DNA of 64,000 bases from Microthyrium microscopicum (GCA_010405405.1 MU004231.1:2784401-2848400), one strand, 5' to 3'; shown: positions 11,629 to 23,802, counted from the first letter of the stretch. Notes: generated by a model from the sequence alone, not told the origin. A program made the numbers and translations.

Positions 11629-13425
11629 TTACCCGTTATCTTCACTTCGAGTAACGTTCAAGAAATAAATGAGGTCCGAGGCAACCTCACTCTTTGTCAG
11701 TGTAATTTCGACTGATGAATATGATATTTCGACGATAACGCTCTGTGGCGCAACCTCGATGATCCGCTGCGTAAGAGAGCCGTCGCACTTGTTATCAAAT
11801 AGTCGACAAGCAAGATCGTTTGGAACAATAGCAATTCCAAGTGTTCGAAAATGCCAATTTTCTGTTTCCAGCTGAGATGCTGGCATTTCGTCATGTTTAG
11901 CAACAGAGTTCGATACGAGGAGGTGGAAAATTCCGGCAGGTCCTTCGGTGGAACTGGAAACGATTTTTAGAAGGGCTTCCTGACCATGTTCTTTTACATC
12001 GGGCTGGAGCAGGATAGACCGATCTTCAGGGTTCCAATTGCAACGACGGAGAATAACATCCTGTACCTCGAATTCAACGCTTTCAAAGTATACTATTTTC
12101 CTTCGACTACTTGGAGCACATAACTCGCGAGATACTGGCTCGTCTGTGAGAAAAATCACTTCCGACTTTGCCTTCGCTGCTATACGGCCTGAAATTCTGA
12201 GGCTTGCTGTACCATTGGGAGTAGCAACTCGGTTGTAGATACGTTTTCGAGAATTGCCGGTTAGCAGGAATGCGATATATTCAACGACATTACTCGGTAT
12301 TCTGAAGGGCAAGACAGCAATGGCGAAGTCGTATCGTTTCTGTATGCCATCGTCGTCAATTAGCTCCTCTCTGTACCACGCGTCATTGCTTAATAGAAGT
12401 ACACCGAGTTCCATCCCCCGATTCGACACAATCCATGGGTCGTAGTCGCTCATCTGCCTGGCGAAAACATGGCTGTTACCAAGAGTTGGTATGCCCGAGA
12501 ACTCACGAGGTGAGTCTGCAAAGACGGTTAACAGAGTAGGAGTGGAAGGGAAAATTGAGTTTAGGTCCCTATTTGAGCTAATACAAAGCTCGGAATCCAG
12601 ATTCCATGCCAAAAGGGAGTTCGAACTCGTACGCTTGACCATCTCGAGCTGTAACCTCTGAAACGCCCTTTTTTCCCCCTCTCCATATATCAACGGTAGA
12701 TTGACATCAAACATTCCCAGGAGAGAATAAGCAGTATCTTCTGGGCGGGATGTTTTCCTGCTAGAGCACCAGCGCATGCCTGTGGACCACAAATAAACAG
12801 TCGTATCGTTCGTATCCATGCTCCGTATAAATTGGTCAGACCAAAAGCAGAACCGCTTCTTGAGAACAGAAGACGGGATACCGGTAATTGAAGAGATGGT
12901 ATCGCAACACAACCTCTTGTCCGTAATTCTCGCCCACTGAGTATCGTAAAAGATAACGCGCTCTGGGGCCAGAAGTTCTTGAAGCGTCCATCCTCTAGTA
13001 AACCATCTACTGGTTCGTAATAGTTCCACTGCCTCAGGTGAATTGTTGTCCAAGCCTTTAGCCCGTTTACCTTCTGGCAGGCGCACGTCGGAAAGGTATG
13101 CGTAACAGACCTTCGCCTTCCCATACCATCTGAACATAGAGTTGATAGCATAAGTAAGCTCAGCGCTGCTCAATTTGTTAATGCAGCAAGTATCGATCCA
13201 GAATAACTGCAAAGAATCCTGTTTGGCTTGTTCTCTGCAAAATCGAATCTTGTCATAACCCGGCTTTTCCTGTCCGGTGCCGTTTATTATATCATCGAAC
13301 GTAACTTCATCTTCAGTTCTTCCCCAAGTGTGCGAGAGAATAGCATAAGGAGGAATCTCTTCGTCGTCAACAAAGTCTTCGGAAAAGCTAAATCCGCCGT
13401 TGTTGCTACTCTGAAGAAGTCGCAT
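11629..13425 (-). CDS. HET-domain (heterokaryon incompatibility) protein with unrecognised C-terminal region, intronless
   Basis: MRLL start; PPYAILSHTWG..EVTF; GYDKIRFC; WIDTCCINKLSSAELTYAINSMFRWY..AKVCYAYLSDV; SRWFTRGWTLQELLAP; RKTSRPEDTAYSLLGMFDVNLPLIYGEG..AFQRLQ. First ATG is at 13425. Confidence 0.93.
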   Translation of the reverse strand: MRLLQSSNNGGFSFSEDFVDDEEIPPYAILSHTWGRTEDEVTFDDIINGTGQEKPGYDKIRFCREQAKQDSLQLFWIDTCCINKLSSAELTYAINSMFRWYGKAKVCYAYLSDVRLPEGKRAKGLDNNSPEAVELLRTSRWFTRGWTLQELLAPERVIFYDTQWARITDKRLCCDTISSITGIPSSVLKKRFCFWSDQFIRSMDTNDTTVYLWSTGMRWCSSRKTSRPEDTAYSLLGMFDVNLPLIYGEGEKRAFQRLQLEMVKRTSSNSLLAWNLDSELCISSNRDLNSIFPSTPTLLTVFADSPREFSGIPTLGNSHVFARQMSDYDPWIVSNRGMELGVLLLSNDAWYREELIDDDGIQKRYDFAIAVLPFRIPSNVVEYIAFLLTGNSRKRIYNRVATPNGTASLRISGRIAAKAKSEVIFLTDEPVSRELCAPSSRRKIVYFESVEFEVQDVILRRCNWNPEDRSILLQPDVKEHGQEALLKIVSSSTEGPAGIFHLLVSNSVAKHDEMPASQLETENWHFRTLGIAIVPNDLACRLFDNKCDGSLTQRIIEVAPQSVIVEISYSSVEITLTKSEVASDLIYFLNVTRSEDNG

Positions 13426-14236
13426 CCTCTGAAGGGTGGTAATGAGGCCGTTGTGCAAGAATGTAGTATGCCTTGAGTCTTAAAGTTATTACTTGGATTA
13501 GACTCAAACATAGAGTATTAAGACCTGGTTGAGGGAGGGTTTGGACCTTGGGATTTCATCAGAGATGTCCGTGAGAGAATGTACGTAGAGATCGCAATGA
13601 GCGGGGCAGGGAATCTGGTTGAGTCCAGGAGACAACAAGCATGTATCAGGTGCTAGGTAGTAGTGTGTACATGCATACATTATGTACATATTACTACTGT
13701 GCTGCTAGAATAAGCACAGCAGCCTGAGGCACTCTTATATATATCACGTTGTATGATTTTGGAAAGGAGTAAGCCTGAATACGCCTTGCGTGGCGAAGTA
13801 CCTAGAGCGTGTAGAGTAGCCAAGCGCACCAGCTGAGTAGCCTGTCGCAAGAGTTGGCTTTAAGTCTTTATAGGTACTTTGATGTGATGTATGGAAATCG
13901 ACTACGTGAAGATCATTGCGCGTGCGAGCGCAGCCAATTCGATTTGAACATCATTTGTATCCTAAATCGCACTCACTTGACAGTGGTTGATATATTACGA
14001 CGACTCATGCTGCAAGGAAGACGCCAGCAGTGTCATACCTTCTTCTTCAATATTGAAGGGAAAGAATTCTTCAAGTATATCAGCACCTTCATAGCTGGCA
14101 ATTCACAGGGAAAACAATGGGTTGTATCTATTAGAAGTAGGTCGTTGTAAAGACGACAATCCCTCCCCTGGGTCACTACTGGATAAAAATGAGCCATTGG
14201 TGCAATCTTGTAACCAAAAGGTGTTGTTCCGCAAGA

Positions 14237-15205
14237 TCAGAAAAGACTCCTTGACGAGTGTTCAAGATGAAGTGATGAAGCATTGATGGATGAAATCTCT
14301 TGAGTCTCACTCACTGGTCGATCTTGAACAAACAACCTGAAAATAAGACTTGAGCAAAATAAATATAAGGGCGCTTTGCTCTCATTGAAGCATTTCGAAA
14401 GATAACACTCCTTGTCGGACAAAATTTGTCTGGGATTTTGATATCAACAGAATTTTACGCTAGTAGACACTGAACGTTCTAAGAATAGGCATCTAGCTTA
14501 TTGCCATGAGACGGCTTTAGTGAAAGTCAAGTTTGAGTTTCCGATCCATAGTATATGGTAGAAGGCTCAAGCTCTGAGTTTATCGAGTTTCCCATCATTT
14601 GGTTTTGATAGGGAGTCATTGATAGTTCTGGCACATGTCGGATCAAAGCGAGTTTGTTTATACTGAGGCCCAAATCTGCCCCAAGCATAAGAGCTCCAAA
14701 ATATGTTCTGGTCAATAGGACCACATATGAGATTGATGTGACTAGAATATTGAACAAATGCTTGTGACGATGTGGTCCGGCATTAATGTTTCGACCATGA
14801 GACCAGTACTGCCCTTTGCCTCACCACCACATTCTGCGGCTCAATTCTGTAACTCCTCAGGTACGGTGGCTGCAGCAAAACAATCTTCCACTGGATAGCC
14901 ATATTTTTGACATTCGGCTCGTGGTACATCCTGCTGCCTGCTGCACTCTCTGCATATTCTAGAGCATTCTCTGGCAGATTCTCTCCCCAGCATTAACGCA
15001 GAATCCATGCTCTTATAATTGAAGTGTAAGGCGAGCGACCTGGAACATATCGGTTTAAAAACTCTTGTGCCGTGAATAGATCGAACACTCGGTCAGTAAT
15101 AGGCCAATCTGACCTGAGTATTGCAGAGCTGGCTGGGGCAAACAAACATTGACTCGGGTTCTTTGGATGCTCACCAGGCCACAGACTGCCGTACCGGTTT
15201 GTCAA
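14237..15205 (-). pseudogene. Probable decayed protein-coding gene of unknown family
   Basis: One reading frame spans ~323 codons, joining track ORFs 14993-15205 and 14237-14422. It has only five internal stops (TAA 14993, TAA 14783, TGA 14567, TAA, TGA) and protein-like composition. No family recognised. Confidence 0.4.
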
Positions 15206-16029
15206 GAGCTCTCAAATGTGACACCGCAAGTGGCGGGGCCTTTTCGGACGATGAAGGCTTGATCTTTGCCACTGTGACCAGCGCCATCAATACTCTCACT
15301 GGATATCGCGTCGTTTTGTAATAGGGGCGAGAAGTTTTGTACCCAAACTACCACCAACAACCGTATCATCTCAGCTTATTAGGTATGATTTAGTAGTCGT
15401 AATGGAATTCTAGAGTTTACATCATGAACAGCTTTGACCGTAAAGGTTGACTTTTACTCGTCAAAGTGTACCTGACAAGTGACTTTGCAGTGACAGACGC
15501 CTTACAGACATGTTGCACAACAGCCAAAAACTTAAAAACATTCTGCTAAAGCTGTCAAGATCTCAGGCATCCATACGAAATTCTGTCATGCAATAATTCT
15601 CTCATCTCACCTTCGGCCGAAAATTCCGTACATAACAACTCAGCCTCAAGGCATAAGGTAGATGTTCGAGACATTCTCAACAATGTTTCCCGTTTCAGGG
15701 GCAGGGGAAGCCAACAACCCACCACTTTCATTGAATCACCGAGTTCTCACTGGATGCTCAAAGCCAATTTGCCATTACACAATGCATGGCAATACATCGT
15801 CGGTCCATCGGAGATCATCGACGCCCACATGGCCAAGGCCACGATGTATGTCTAGAAGGCGCAATTAGTATAAAGACATGTGCTCCCAACGACCCTTTAC
15901 ACAATCCAAGCACAGGTGCCCAATTCACATTCACACTTCCAACAGGTTCAATTCTCCAGCTCTTTTCTTCTCTTCTTTAATCAACTTTTTTATCATCTGA
16001 CCGGTTCAGCCAAACAAAACCTTTTAAAA

Positions 16030-16794
16030 ATGTATTCCTACACCATCGTCACTCTCGGCCTTCTCGCCATCACCAACCTCGTCTCCGCCCACGGCGCCAT
16101 TGTCAAGGCTGTCGGTGATGCCGGTGGAGCTGGTTCCGCCATTGGAATCGACCCAAACACTCCCCGCGATGGAACGCGCCGCAACCCATTCCAGCAGGAC
16201 AGCACCCGCTTCAAGGGTGACAACGCCGACACCTGCGGCCAGACCCTCGGCGGAGGGGAGAACGCCGACATTGCTGCCGGTACCAAGGCCGTCATGGCCA
16301 TGATGGGCAACCAGCTTCCTCAGGTCTCTGCCGGAGGATCATTGATGATGACTCTGCACCAAGTGAACGGTGATGGTGCTGGCCCATATAGCTGCCAGAT
16401 GAGCGCTGACGGAACTGGTGCTGCGTGGACCGACATCAACGTCCAGACCAACGTTCCCGGTACCAACAGCCGTAGCCGCGCAAAGGCTACTGATTTCCCA
16501 CTCAAGGCTGTCATGCCCGCGCAAATGTCTTGCACTGGTAACGTTGCTGGACAAAACAACGTCTGCCTCGTTCGCTGCATGAACGCTGCTCGTGCTGGTA
16601 AGTTTGACACCTATGATCTGACAAGCCAAGAACATTCAGCTAACGACATGACAGGTCCCTTCGGTGGCTGTGTGCCAGTCCAGGCTGTGCAGGGCGGTGC
16701 CGCACCTGCTGCTACCAACAACACCAAGCGTGCTGAGAACCTTGACAACGACGCTGAGTTCCAAAAGGAGCTTTTGGCAGACGGTGACTACTAG
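16030..16794 (+). CDS. Secreted Egh16/GAS1-like (DUF3129) effector-family protein, 2 exons
   Basis: Signal peptide [20 protein letters not shown] then [45 protein letters not shown]....[18 protein letters not shown]. Intron 16598-16654 (GTAAGT..GCTAAC..CAG, 57 nt). TATAAA at 15869. Confidence 0.92.
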   Translation: MYSYTIVTLGLLAITNLVSAHGAIVKAVGDAGGAGSAIGIDPNTPRDGTRRNPFQQDSTRFKGDNADTCGQTLGGGENADIAAGTKAVMAMMGNQLPQVSAGGSLMMTLHQVNGDGAGPYSCQMSADGTGAAWTDINVQTNVPGTNSRSRAKATDFPLKAVMPAQMSCTGNVAGQNNVCLVRCMNAARAGKFDTYDLTSQEHSANDMTGPFGGCVPVQAVQGGAAPAATNNTKRAENLDNDAEFQKELLADGDY

Positions 16795-17265
16795 AGTGCT
16801 CAGTCAATGAGGAAGTTATTGTGGAGATTGAATGGTAAACGCAAAGCCAATGGGCAATGTTTGTAGGCAAATAGGAGTTAGGAAAGAGCTTGGCTAGGAA
16901 TGTTTTGAACCTGTATGGATACTACTCAGTGTGAATTGAATTTTCAAATTTCAGAAAACATGATGCTTTACGTGCGAAACTGTGAAACTTGACTTGCCAA
17001 TGGGGTCTTGGAGACTTTGACGAAACGTGCTCACATATAGAGAAGATCATATGGTTGGTACTTGTTCTCTCGGCGCAACATTTCTTCTCGTTATGAAACA
17101 GTAGGGACAAGCCAAGACTACACAACTTAGTAAGCTTTTATGCAAGTCTTCTGATTTGCGGAATACCCGAAATATTGTAGCCATCAAGGCTGGATTAACT
17201 CATATGGATTCCTAGATCCGCTATGCCGACACAAATTGTGTAATGCTATTTAGTGTAGTAAGTGC

Positions 17266-19609
17266 TTAGGTGGATAATCCACGCTTCTCGGATTCGGAGA
17301 AGAAAATGATCATACGCCACAATTTCTTTACCAAGATTTCGGCTTCTTCGTCCAGTGGCTACGCAATAGTTAGTGTCAAGACCTCAAATATAATGCGAGT
17401 GTACTTACGCCTTCAAGTTCCTTGACAAGGTCTTGAGGTGATTTTCTCTTCTTGATATGCTCTTCGACAACATCAACCAGCATCTCCTCTTGTACGCCAA
17501 GGTATTCAAGCATTTTCTTTTCAACGAATGGTCGCAGGTTTTCGGTAATGGTTGAGTCATCCACATAGTCCCATTGCACTTTCCAGGCCCACAGTCCTTC
17601 CTTGTCAGTAGGGATATTCGTGGCCAATTGGTGAACTGCTTGTTGGCGCTCTTCATCAGTGAGAACTGCAGCTTCAGCAGCAGTATCGAACTTGATCGGG
17701 ACGAGTGTTCTCTTGGTTGTAGTGGCCACTTCCTCCTCATCTTCGAGCAGGCCTTCGACTTCAGCAACAGTGCGACGAGGCGCAGCAGCTTGAACACGCT
17801 GAGCAGCAGCTCCAAGGGAGATCTTGAGTCGCTGGGGTTCGCGTGCTGGTGAGCGATTGAGTTCTTCGGCATGTTTGTCAAGGAATGAGTCTGCCAGACC
17901 GCGTGCATGCTGCTGCTTCTCTCGGTCGCGCATTGTTTCTCGCTCCTCCATGGCTCTATCGCGATCGTCATTTTCCTTCTCCCGGGTACGAAATGCGGCA
18001 CGATTTCGGAGCCACTGGCTCTTATCTCGGTAGTAGTCTTCGGAGCGACGAGATTGTTCGGCATCGTCGTTCCAGTCTTTGAGGCGTTTGGCCATGGCTT
18101 CTTTCTCCTTGTTTACGTTTGAAGACTCGTCATGCTCTCGCCCTTGTTCTCTGTCAATGGCCGCTGCTCGACTGCGTTCTCGGTTTAACCAACGACGTTC
18201 GTAGTCTAGGAACAGCTTATCTTGTTCTGCGTTTTTCTTTTCTTGCCGACGGCGTTCGAGCTCGTTGTCGCTTGCATCACTTGCTTCTTCTTCTGGTGTA
18301 ATGTACATATACTGAAAGCCAGAGCCGTTGAAAAAATTGACAGAGCTTGAACCGTTCTGGAAACCTTTTGGTCCACTTGGCGCATTGCGAGGACCAACAG
18401 GAATACCGTTGGCACCACCGGCTGGTCCAGTTGGGGCTGACAGTGGTGGAGATGCAAGGCGACTCATACGATTGTTGCGCTTTTCAGCGGCCTCCATTTC
18501 TTCCTCCCGCTTTAGACGCTCCAGATCTCGCCGGTTGCTGCGTTCTCGAAAAGCTGCTATTTCGGCCGCTACGGTTTCTCTCATTTCCGCTGGAATGTCC
18601 GAAAGTTCGTCGTCTCCAGAGATTGGGATCATGATAACTTCGCCAGTAGCAGGATCTGCCTTAATCTCCGCATCATGCATCATAGCGTCCCCTTCAAAGT
18701 CCAAGCTAGAGCCATTGAAGATGTCAGTTAGTGCACTTGCAAGAGACTCTCGAGCGCTATCAATACGAAATTGTACTGCCGATTCGTCTTCTCCTCGCTT
18801 TTCGCGCCACTCTTCAGCATATTTTCTGGAAGCATCATCCACTTGAACGAGCAATTTGACGCGTTCTACTGCTGGGGTGTCGCCGTTCTCCGTTGTTTTT
18901 GGCTCGACCCGTTTGGCTGGTACTTCCACTTCAGGGAGCACTTCTGTGGCAGTTTCAAGACTCTCTGCATCTTCAAACTCAGCAAAGCCAAATGTGCAAG
19001 CCTTGTTGTCGGCATCATAGGCTCTCGTCCATCGTCGTAGACCTCCCACCGCGCGCAGGATATGTTCTAGCTGTGGATCTGTCATGCCAGTCGGTATTTT
19101 TCCAATGAATATAGTGCGCATAACTTCTTCGCGTGTAGGCGGAACCAGGACTTGGTTATCTCGTCGATCGCGTTGATGATCACCGCCTCTATCCATACCG
19201 AGGCCTCGCCTAGAGTCTCCGCCTGGGCCCCGTCCAGCACCATCTCGACCGGGTCCACTAGTTCCTAGACGGATGATGGGTGCACTGAAGTTGATATTGG
19301 GCATGTTGGCGGGTGGTTGGAAATTGGGTCGGGGTGGAAGACCAGCGTTGGCTTGATTCATCCCTGGAGGACCTCCAACACCAGGTGGTGCCATTCCCGG
19401 AGCGCCTTTAGCTATGTGTTAGCCTTAAATGTTACACAGAGTGTCATAATAGAACAAACCAGCAGTTCCAGGAGGAGGGGCCATGCCAGGAGGAGCTCCA
19501 GGCATGTTGGGAAATGCGCCATAGCCCGGAGGCTGACCATATTGCCCTGTCTGATGGTTAGCATTAGCTTTGCAATGCAGCTCGAACATTTACCTTGATA
19601 TCCGTACAT
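17266..19609 (-). CDS. SNU71: U1 snRNP-associated Snu71/RBM25 (Usp107) protein with RRM and PWI domains, ~4 exons
   Basis: P/G-rich N-terminus; RRM (RTIFIGKI...CTFGFAEFED); long R/E coiled coil; PWI (IPTDKEGLWAWKVQW...LRPFVEKKMLEYLGVQEEMLV...). The last exon reads PLDEEAEILVKKLWRMIIFFSESEKRGLST*. Confidence 0.9.
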
Positions 19610-19978
19610 AGCAGAACTTATGTGGTAGGGGAAGTCGTGTTACTTGCCGATGGTGTAGAATAAGGCGTGGAAGATAATATTCGCGACTGCTGGTTTGGAT
19701 TAAGTAGTTTGAAGAAAGTTTAGAGCATCCATGTCTCGCTGGAAAGTTACAGAACTCGACGCTAGTTGGCTAGCTTAACGCGAGCTGCGAGATTGACCAA
19801 TCAACGATGCGCCGAGTTTCATCCATCTCGCAGACTCCAAAAGTTAGACATGCTTGACATCAGCATTAAGATTCTGGTCTTTTCAGACTGAACAGCACCA
19901 AATGAGTCCTGTTCAACAACTCAACAAACTCTGCAAGCCTCCATGACCGACCCTGAGGATTGAGTCAGGTTACTCATC

Positions 19979-20788
19979 ATGGAGATGTACAAAGTCGCGC
20001 CCCGTCTCCTGAGGCACAACATCTCTTGCCGTCCCCCAACCTCGATATCTTCACTCACAGCCGCTTTCTCTACTACGTCGATACGAACTGCTCAATCAGC
20101 TGTCGTCCAATCCCCAGAACCCTCTGGTCCGACAATTGGATCCTCCACTACGTCCACATCAACGTCTGCTTCTCAATCGTCGAACCCCTTCTCCTCTCCC
20201 TTTACCTCTACTCCGAAAAATCCTCGAGATGAGACATTCAAGCAGGATGCTTCTTCCGACGTTACCAGCCAGCTAGATATGGCCATGGCCATGCTTCAAA
20301 ATATGACGAAGGAAATTTCTCCGGAGAAACAAAAGAAGTTTCTTAACGAGCCACTCCCAAAATCCTTCAATACCTCCCGGTTCAGCGACAAATGGCCAAA
20401 ACTCAAATCCACGTCCACCCAAGACCTGTTTCCTTCGAGCTCGTTTCCTGCAGCACCGTTCGGACTATCAAGGCAGGATCTCTCTCCACTCGAGAAATAT
20501 GAAAAGGCCGTCAAAGCCATGGATGTTAGTCTTCACCTCAGCCCCAGGACAGGCCGGAAGTTCGATGTACGAGCTGGCGAGGCAGCTGATCTGGCCATCA
20601 AGATACGCTACCTCGGCGCTCTACTCAACAAGAACAACATTAAGGGTACAATGATAGCCCAAAGATTTCACGAACGACCAGGCCTGAAAAGGAAGAGATT
20701 AAAGAGAGTCAGATGGAGAAAGAGATTTAGAGATTCATTCGATTCGATATGTAAACGGGCCTCATATCTGTCAAACCAAGGATGGTAA
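19979..20788 (+). CDS. MRP21: Mitochondrial ribosomal small-subunit protein bS21m
   Basis: Presequence-like N-terminus; C-terminal S21 motif QRFHERPGLKRKRLKRVRWRKRF...GW. Confidence 0.88.
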   Translation: MEMYKVAPRLLRHNISCRPPTSISSLTAAFSTTSIRTAQSAVVQSPEPSGPTIGSSTTSTSTSASQSSNPFSSPFTSTPKNPRDETFKQDASSDVTSQLDMAMAMLQNMTKEISPEKQKKFLNEPLPKSFNTSRFSDKWPKLKSTSTQDLFPSSSFPAAPFGLSRQDLSPLEKYEKAVKAMDVSLHLSPRTGRKFDVRAGEAADLAIKIRYLGALLNKNNIKGTMIAQRFHERPGLKRKRLKRVRWRKRFRDSFDSICKRASYLSNQGW

Positions 20789-20854
20789 AGCGTAGATTTG
20801 AGAATTCTTACAGAACCGTGTTTTGTTCATAGATTAATGAACTCGTACCCAAGT

Positions 20855-20864
20855 CGTGTAAATA
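20855..20864 (+). promoter_or_regulatory. Candidate Puf3-type 3' UTR element (CnTGTAAATA)
   Basis: CGTGTAAATA ~70 nt after the MRP21 stop matches the yeast Puf3 consensus, including the -2 C. Short motif, so a chance match is possible. Confidence 0.45.
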
Positions 20865-20934
20865 TACAGAGTCTATGCGACCCAAGAACTCTAGCTGTAT
20901 TATATACAAACTGATATCATACATACGTCCATCT

Positions 20935-21904
20935 TCAATCCCGTTTTCCTGTGCCTCCATTTGCAACGCCAGGCCCAATGCCATATCCATATCCATTATA
21001 CTTTGGCAAGACATCCTCATTCCTGGGGAGCATGCGCCCAATGAACGAATTCTTCGGATGTTTCGTCGCAATGAAATACACGAACAGGATGCCAACTACC
21101 ACACCCACCAACAACCACAACTTAATCAAAGCACCAACGCCCGATGCACTGCTACCGTTCGCCAACGCCGGCCCTTCGTACCAATGTACGTTGAACTGCA
21201 GCGTAACCTCATCCCCAATCACAATCCGCGTGTTCTTCACCAACGGCCTCACACTATACGCCGCTGCAGCCTCAATCGCACCCTTCGTTCCCACCAACCC
21301 CTTCTTTCCCTGCTTCAGCACCCCGCCTGTGTGCACCAGCAAATTCAGCTCCGTCGCAACATGTAAATGGCTACGCTGCAATGTGCCCGCGAGCGCCATA
21401 ACAAGCGGCACAAAGCGCTCACTATCCTTCGCATACGCATTATCCTCGCCTACCTTGCCCACCACCGGTTTCACAGCTGACAGTGTAGGTCGGCGGATGG
21501 GCACGCGGCAGGTCATGGGCGCGTCATTGTGGATGTAGAATTCTAGCAGATGGAAGAGTGGATCGGTAAGGAGAAATGTGCAGTTTTGTGGCTTCGATTG
21601 CAAGTAGCTGAGCGTTAGAGGACGGGAGGTTTCTTTGCAGGTTTGGAAGGGAATGTATTGGAGGTTGCCGGCGGCGTCGGCGATGTGTTCGCCTGTGTCT
21701 CTGAGAGCATGGTCAACAATTTTGTGGGGATGATAGGCCAAGGTAGAGGTACATTGTGCGATTGAGGCAAGTTATTGGGACTAAGTCGCCTTTTTTATAA
21801 GGGATGGATTCGTCAGCCCATTCGTCGGCGGTTGTTGCGCTCACCAGAGTGGTGCAGAAAGAGAGGATGGCGACGATGATGAGGCGGAGGAGTAAGGGCG
21901 CCAT
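20935..21904 (-). CDS. Type I membrane protein of unknown function (signal peptide, luminal Cys-containing domain, C-terminal TM), 2 exons
   Basis: Exon 1 21904-21753 with signal peptide and PITCLNRT; intron 21752-21701; exon 2 DTGEHI..LQYIPFQTCKET..; TM LWLLVGVVVGILFVYFIA; tail LPKYNGYGYG..GKRD. It resembles a conserved fungal hypothetical protein. Confidence 0.8.
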
Positions 21905-22348
21905 TGGAGAATATGCTGTGTAAAGGGATTGGAGAATGCGATGTAGGCGATATGAAACAAGAAAATAACTTTATATTGAAGACATGGTTTGGGGTGTGGT
22001 TAATGGAAAGACGGGAGTGAATTGGCATCGTAGCTGATCAGGATTTGATGAGATCAAATGTTGTCGTCACTTCCACGCCTCCTTTTTTATAGTACTTCCC
22101 TCTCACTTTACATCCTCCCATCAATAAAATTCGAACAAGCTTTTTTTGTACATGAGAACGAGTACTTTGAATTGAGAATCTCTTTAAACACTTCAGAAAC
22201 GATTTCCACCCAAGACGTGGATTTATTACGACGCGCCGTGGCGAGCCAGATCGATTCGCGACATCACTTTAAGAGACAATCACAATTGAGAGTCATGCCT
22301 TTTGGAACTCTAAAGCTAAGTGTTCAGTAATTTTTCAACGCAAAAGGT

Positions 22349-23425
22349 CTATGAGCCCTCCTCGCCCTTCGCCACCGCCCACAACTTTTCATACTCAGCG
22401 ACGATATCCTCTGGCAGAGGTCCCTTTGCAATCTCGCCATCACTATGATCGATCTGCTCAACCTTACTCGCTCCTAGAATGATTCCATCGCCCTCCCCAA
22501 GTGGAGAATGATAAGCCAGCCAGCGCAAGCTAGCTCCCAACAAGTCGATGCCTTGGGCCTCTGCGACCTTGTGCAATGAAACCAACGCAGCACGAGTCTT
22601 TGGCTTGTTGTACTTTGCATTCATGCGATCAGCAGCGCGATGTCCTGCCTGGAATCTGCTTGGTAACTCGGCTCCATCAGACGCTGCCACCTTTGTAGAG
22701 AGAAAGCCTCCAGCAGTTGGACTAAGCAGGTTAGTACGGCCGGCTGTGGCACAAGAAGTCCATGTCGTACCTGTAAGCGTAGAACTTGATTCCGTGTTTC
22801 TTTAGTACAGGAAACAAATCCTCTTCCGGGCTTCGGAAAATAGCGTTGTACTGTCCTTGATAAAGAGTCGGGAGAGGTACGCCTTGCTTCTTGGCTTCAG
22901 CAGCATACTCCTCCACCTGAGCAGCACTAAAATTGGACACTCCCCACTGACCATCATTAGCATTCTGAGAAGATATAGTAGTCCAATGATACTCACGCTC
23001 TCGGCTTTTCCATCCTTTAAGATTTTTCCAAACCCTTCCACCGCTTCAGCAACTGACGTCTGTGTGTCCGGCTGATGTGCATATATGACCCGGACCTTCT
23101 TCACCTTGAGCTGTTCCAAGCTCTTGTCCATGCTTTTTTGAAGATTTACTTTCGACAAGGCTCCTCCATTACTACTATCCACTGTTTGTCCCACGAGTAT
23201 CTTAGTGTCTAGAATCAGTGGCGTCTCGCCAATGCCTGCTTTACCGAGGACTCTTTCAGAAAGGCCTGGGTCCGGCATTGGGTAAACGCCTGCTGTGTCG
23301 ATGCCATAGATTGGAACTGGAAGAGTTTGTATGTGCTTCAGCAAAGAAGCCATCTCTTCTGGCGAAGAATTTGGGACAATTCCACCGCCTGCTCCTAGCA
23401 AGATATATGGAGCTTTGGGTGCCAT
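22349..23425 (-). CDS. Aldo/keto reductase (aflatoxin B1-aldehyde reductase/AKR7-like), 3 exons
   Basis: IDTAGVY, SERVLG, LDTK, YAHQPD, WGVSNF, PTLYQGQYN, FYAYSPTAGGFL, SLRWLAYHSPL..GDGIILGASKVEQ, KGPLP. Introns at 22996-22947 and 22770-22722. Confidence 0.92.
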
Positions 23426-23802
23426 CTTGATGCTTGACTAAATTCAAACTCAGTTATGTGAATAGTTCGAATCGTTGTGATGTTGAAGATCAGGCAGCTT
23501 TTGACCAGCTTTATATCAGATCGGATAAATTGATTCCGACAAGGGGTGAATTCGTCATTTAGCTGTAGCGAATACGTGCCGATCTGAGATATAAACACCG
23601 GATGTAATTGTAAGCACTTGCGCTTGTGCTGAGATCCACAGCCCTACCGTGTATGGGAAGCCGGTTTCGGGCGACGTCACAACAGGTATCTTCAGGTGCC
23701 CCTTTTTATGTTTTCCTTGGTATGGATTTGTGTTAGTGAGAGACTCTGCCTTTCTATCCAGTGCAATAGTCTATGTTATTCTAGGATTCCATCTTCAACC
23801 CG

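Noticed and set aside
15880..16029. N-terminal extension of the Egh16-like ORF
   Set aside because: Non-ATG start only ~10 nt from the TATA box. ATG 16030 has good context and begins a signal peptide.
16598..16654. Regulated retention of the 57-nt in-frame intron
   Set aside because: Splice signals are fully canonical, and retention would split the conserved AGPFGGC motif, so constitutive splicing is likely.
18328..18846. Long antisense ORFs (also 20951-21538, 33453-34100, 45875-46405, 29371-29838)
   Set aside because: Shadow frames of well-supported genes on the opposite strand.
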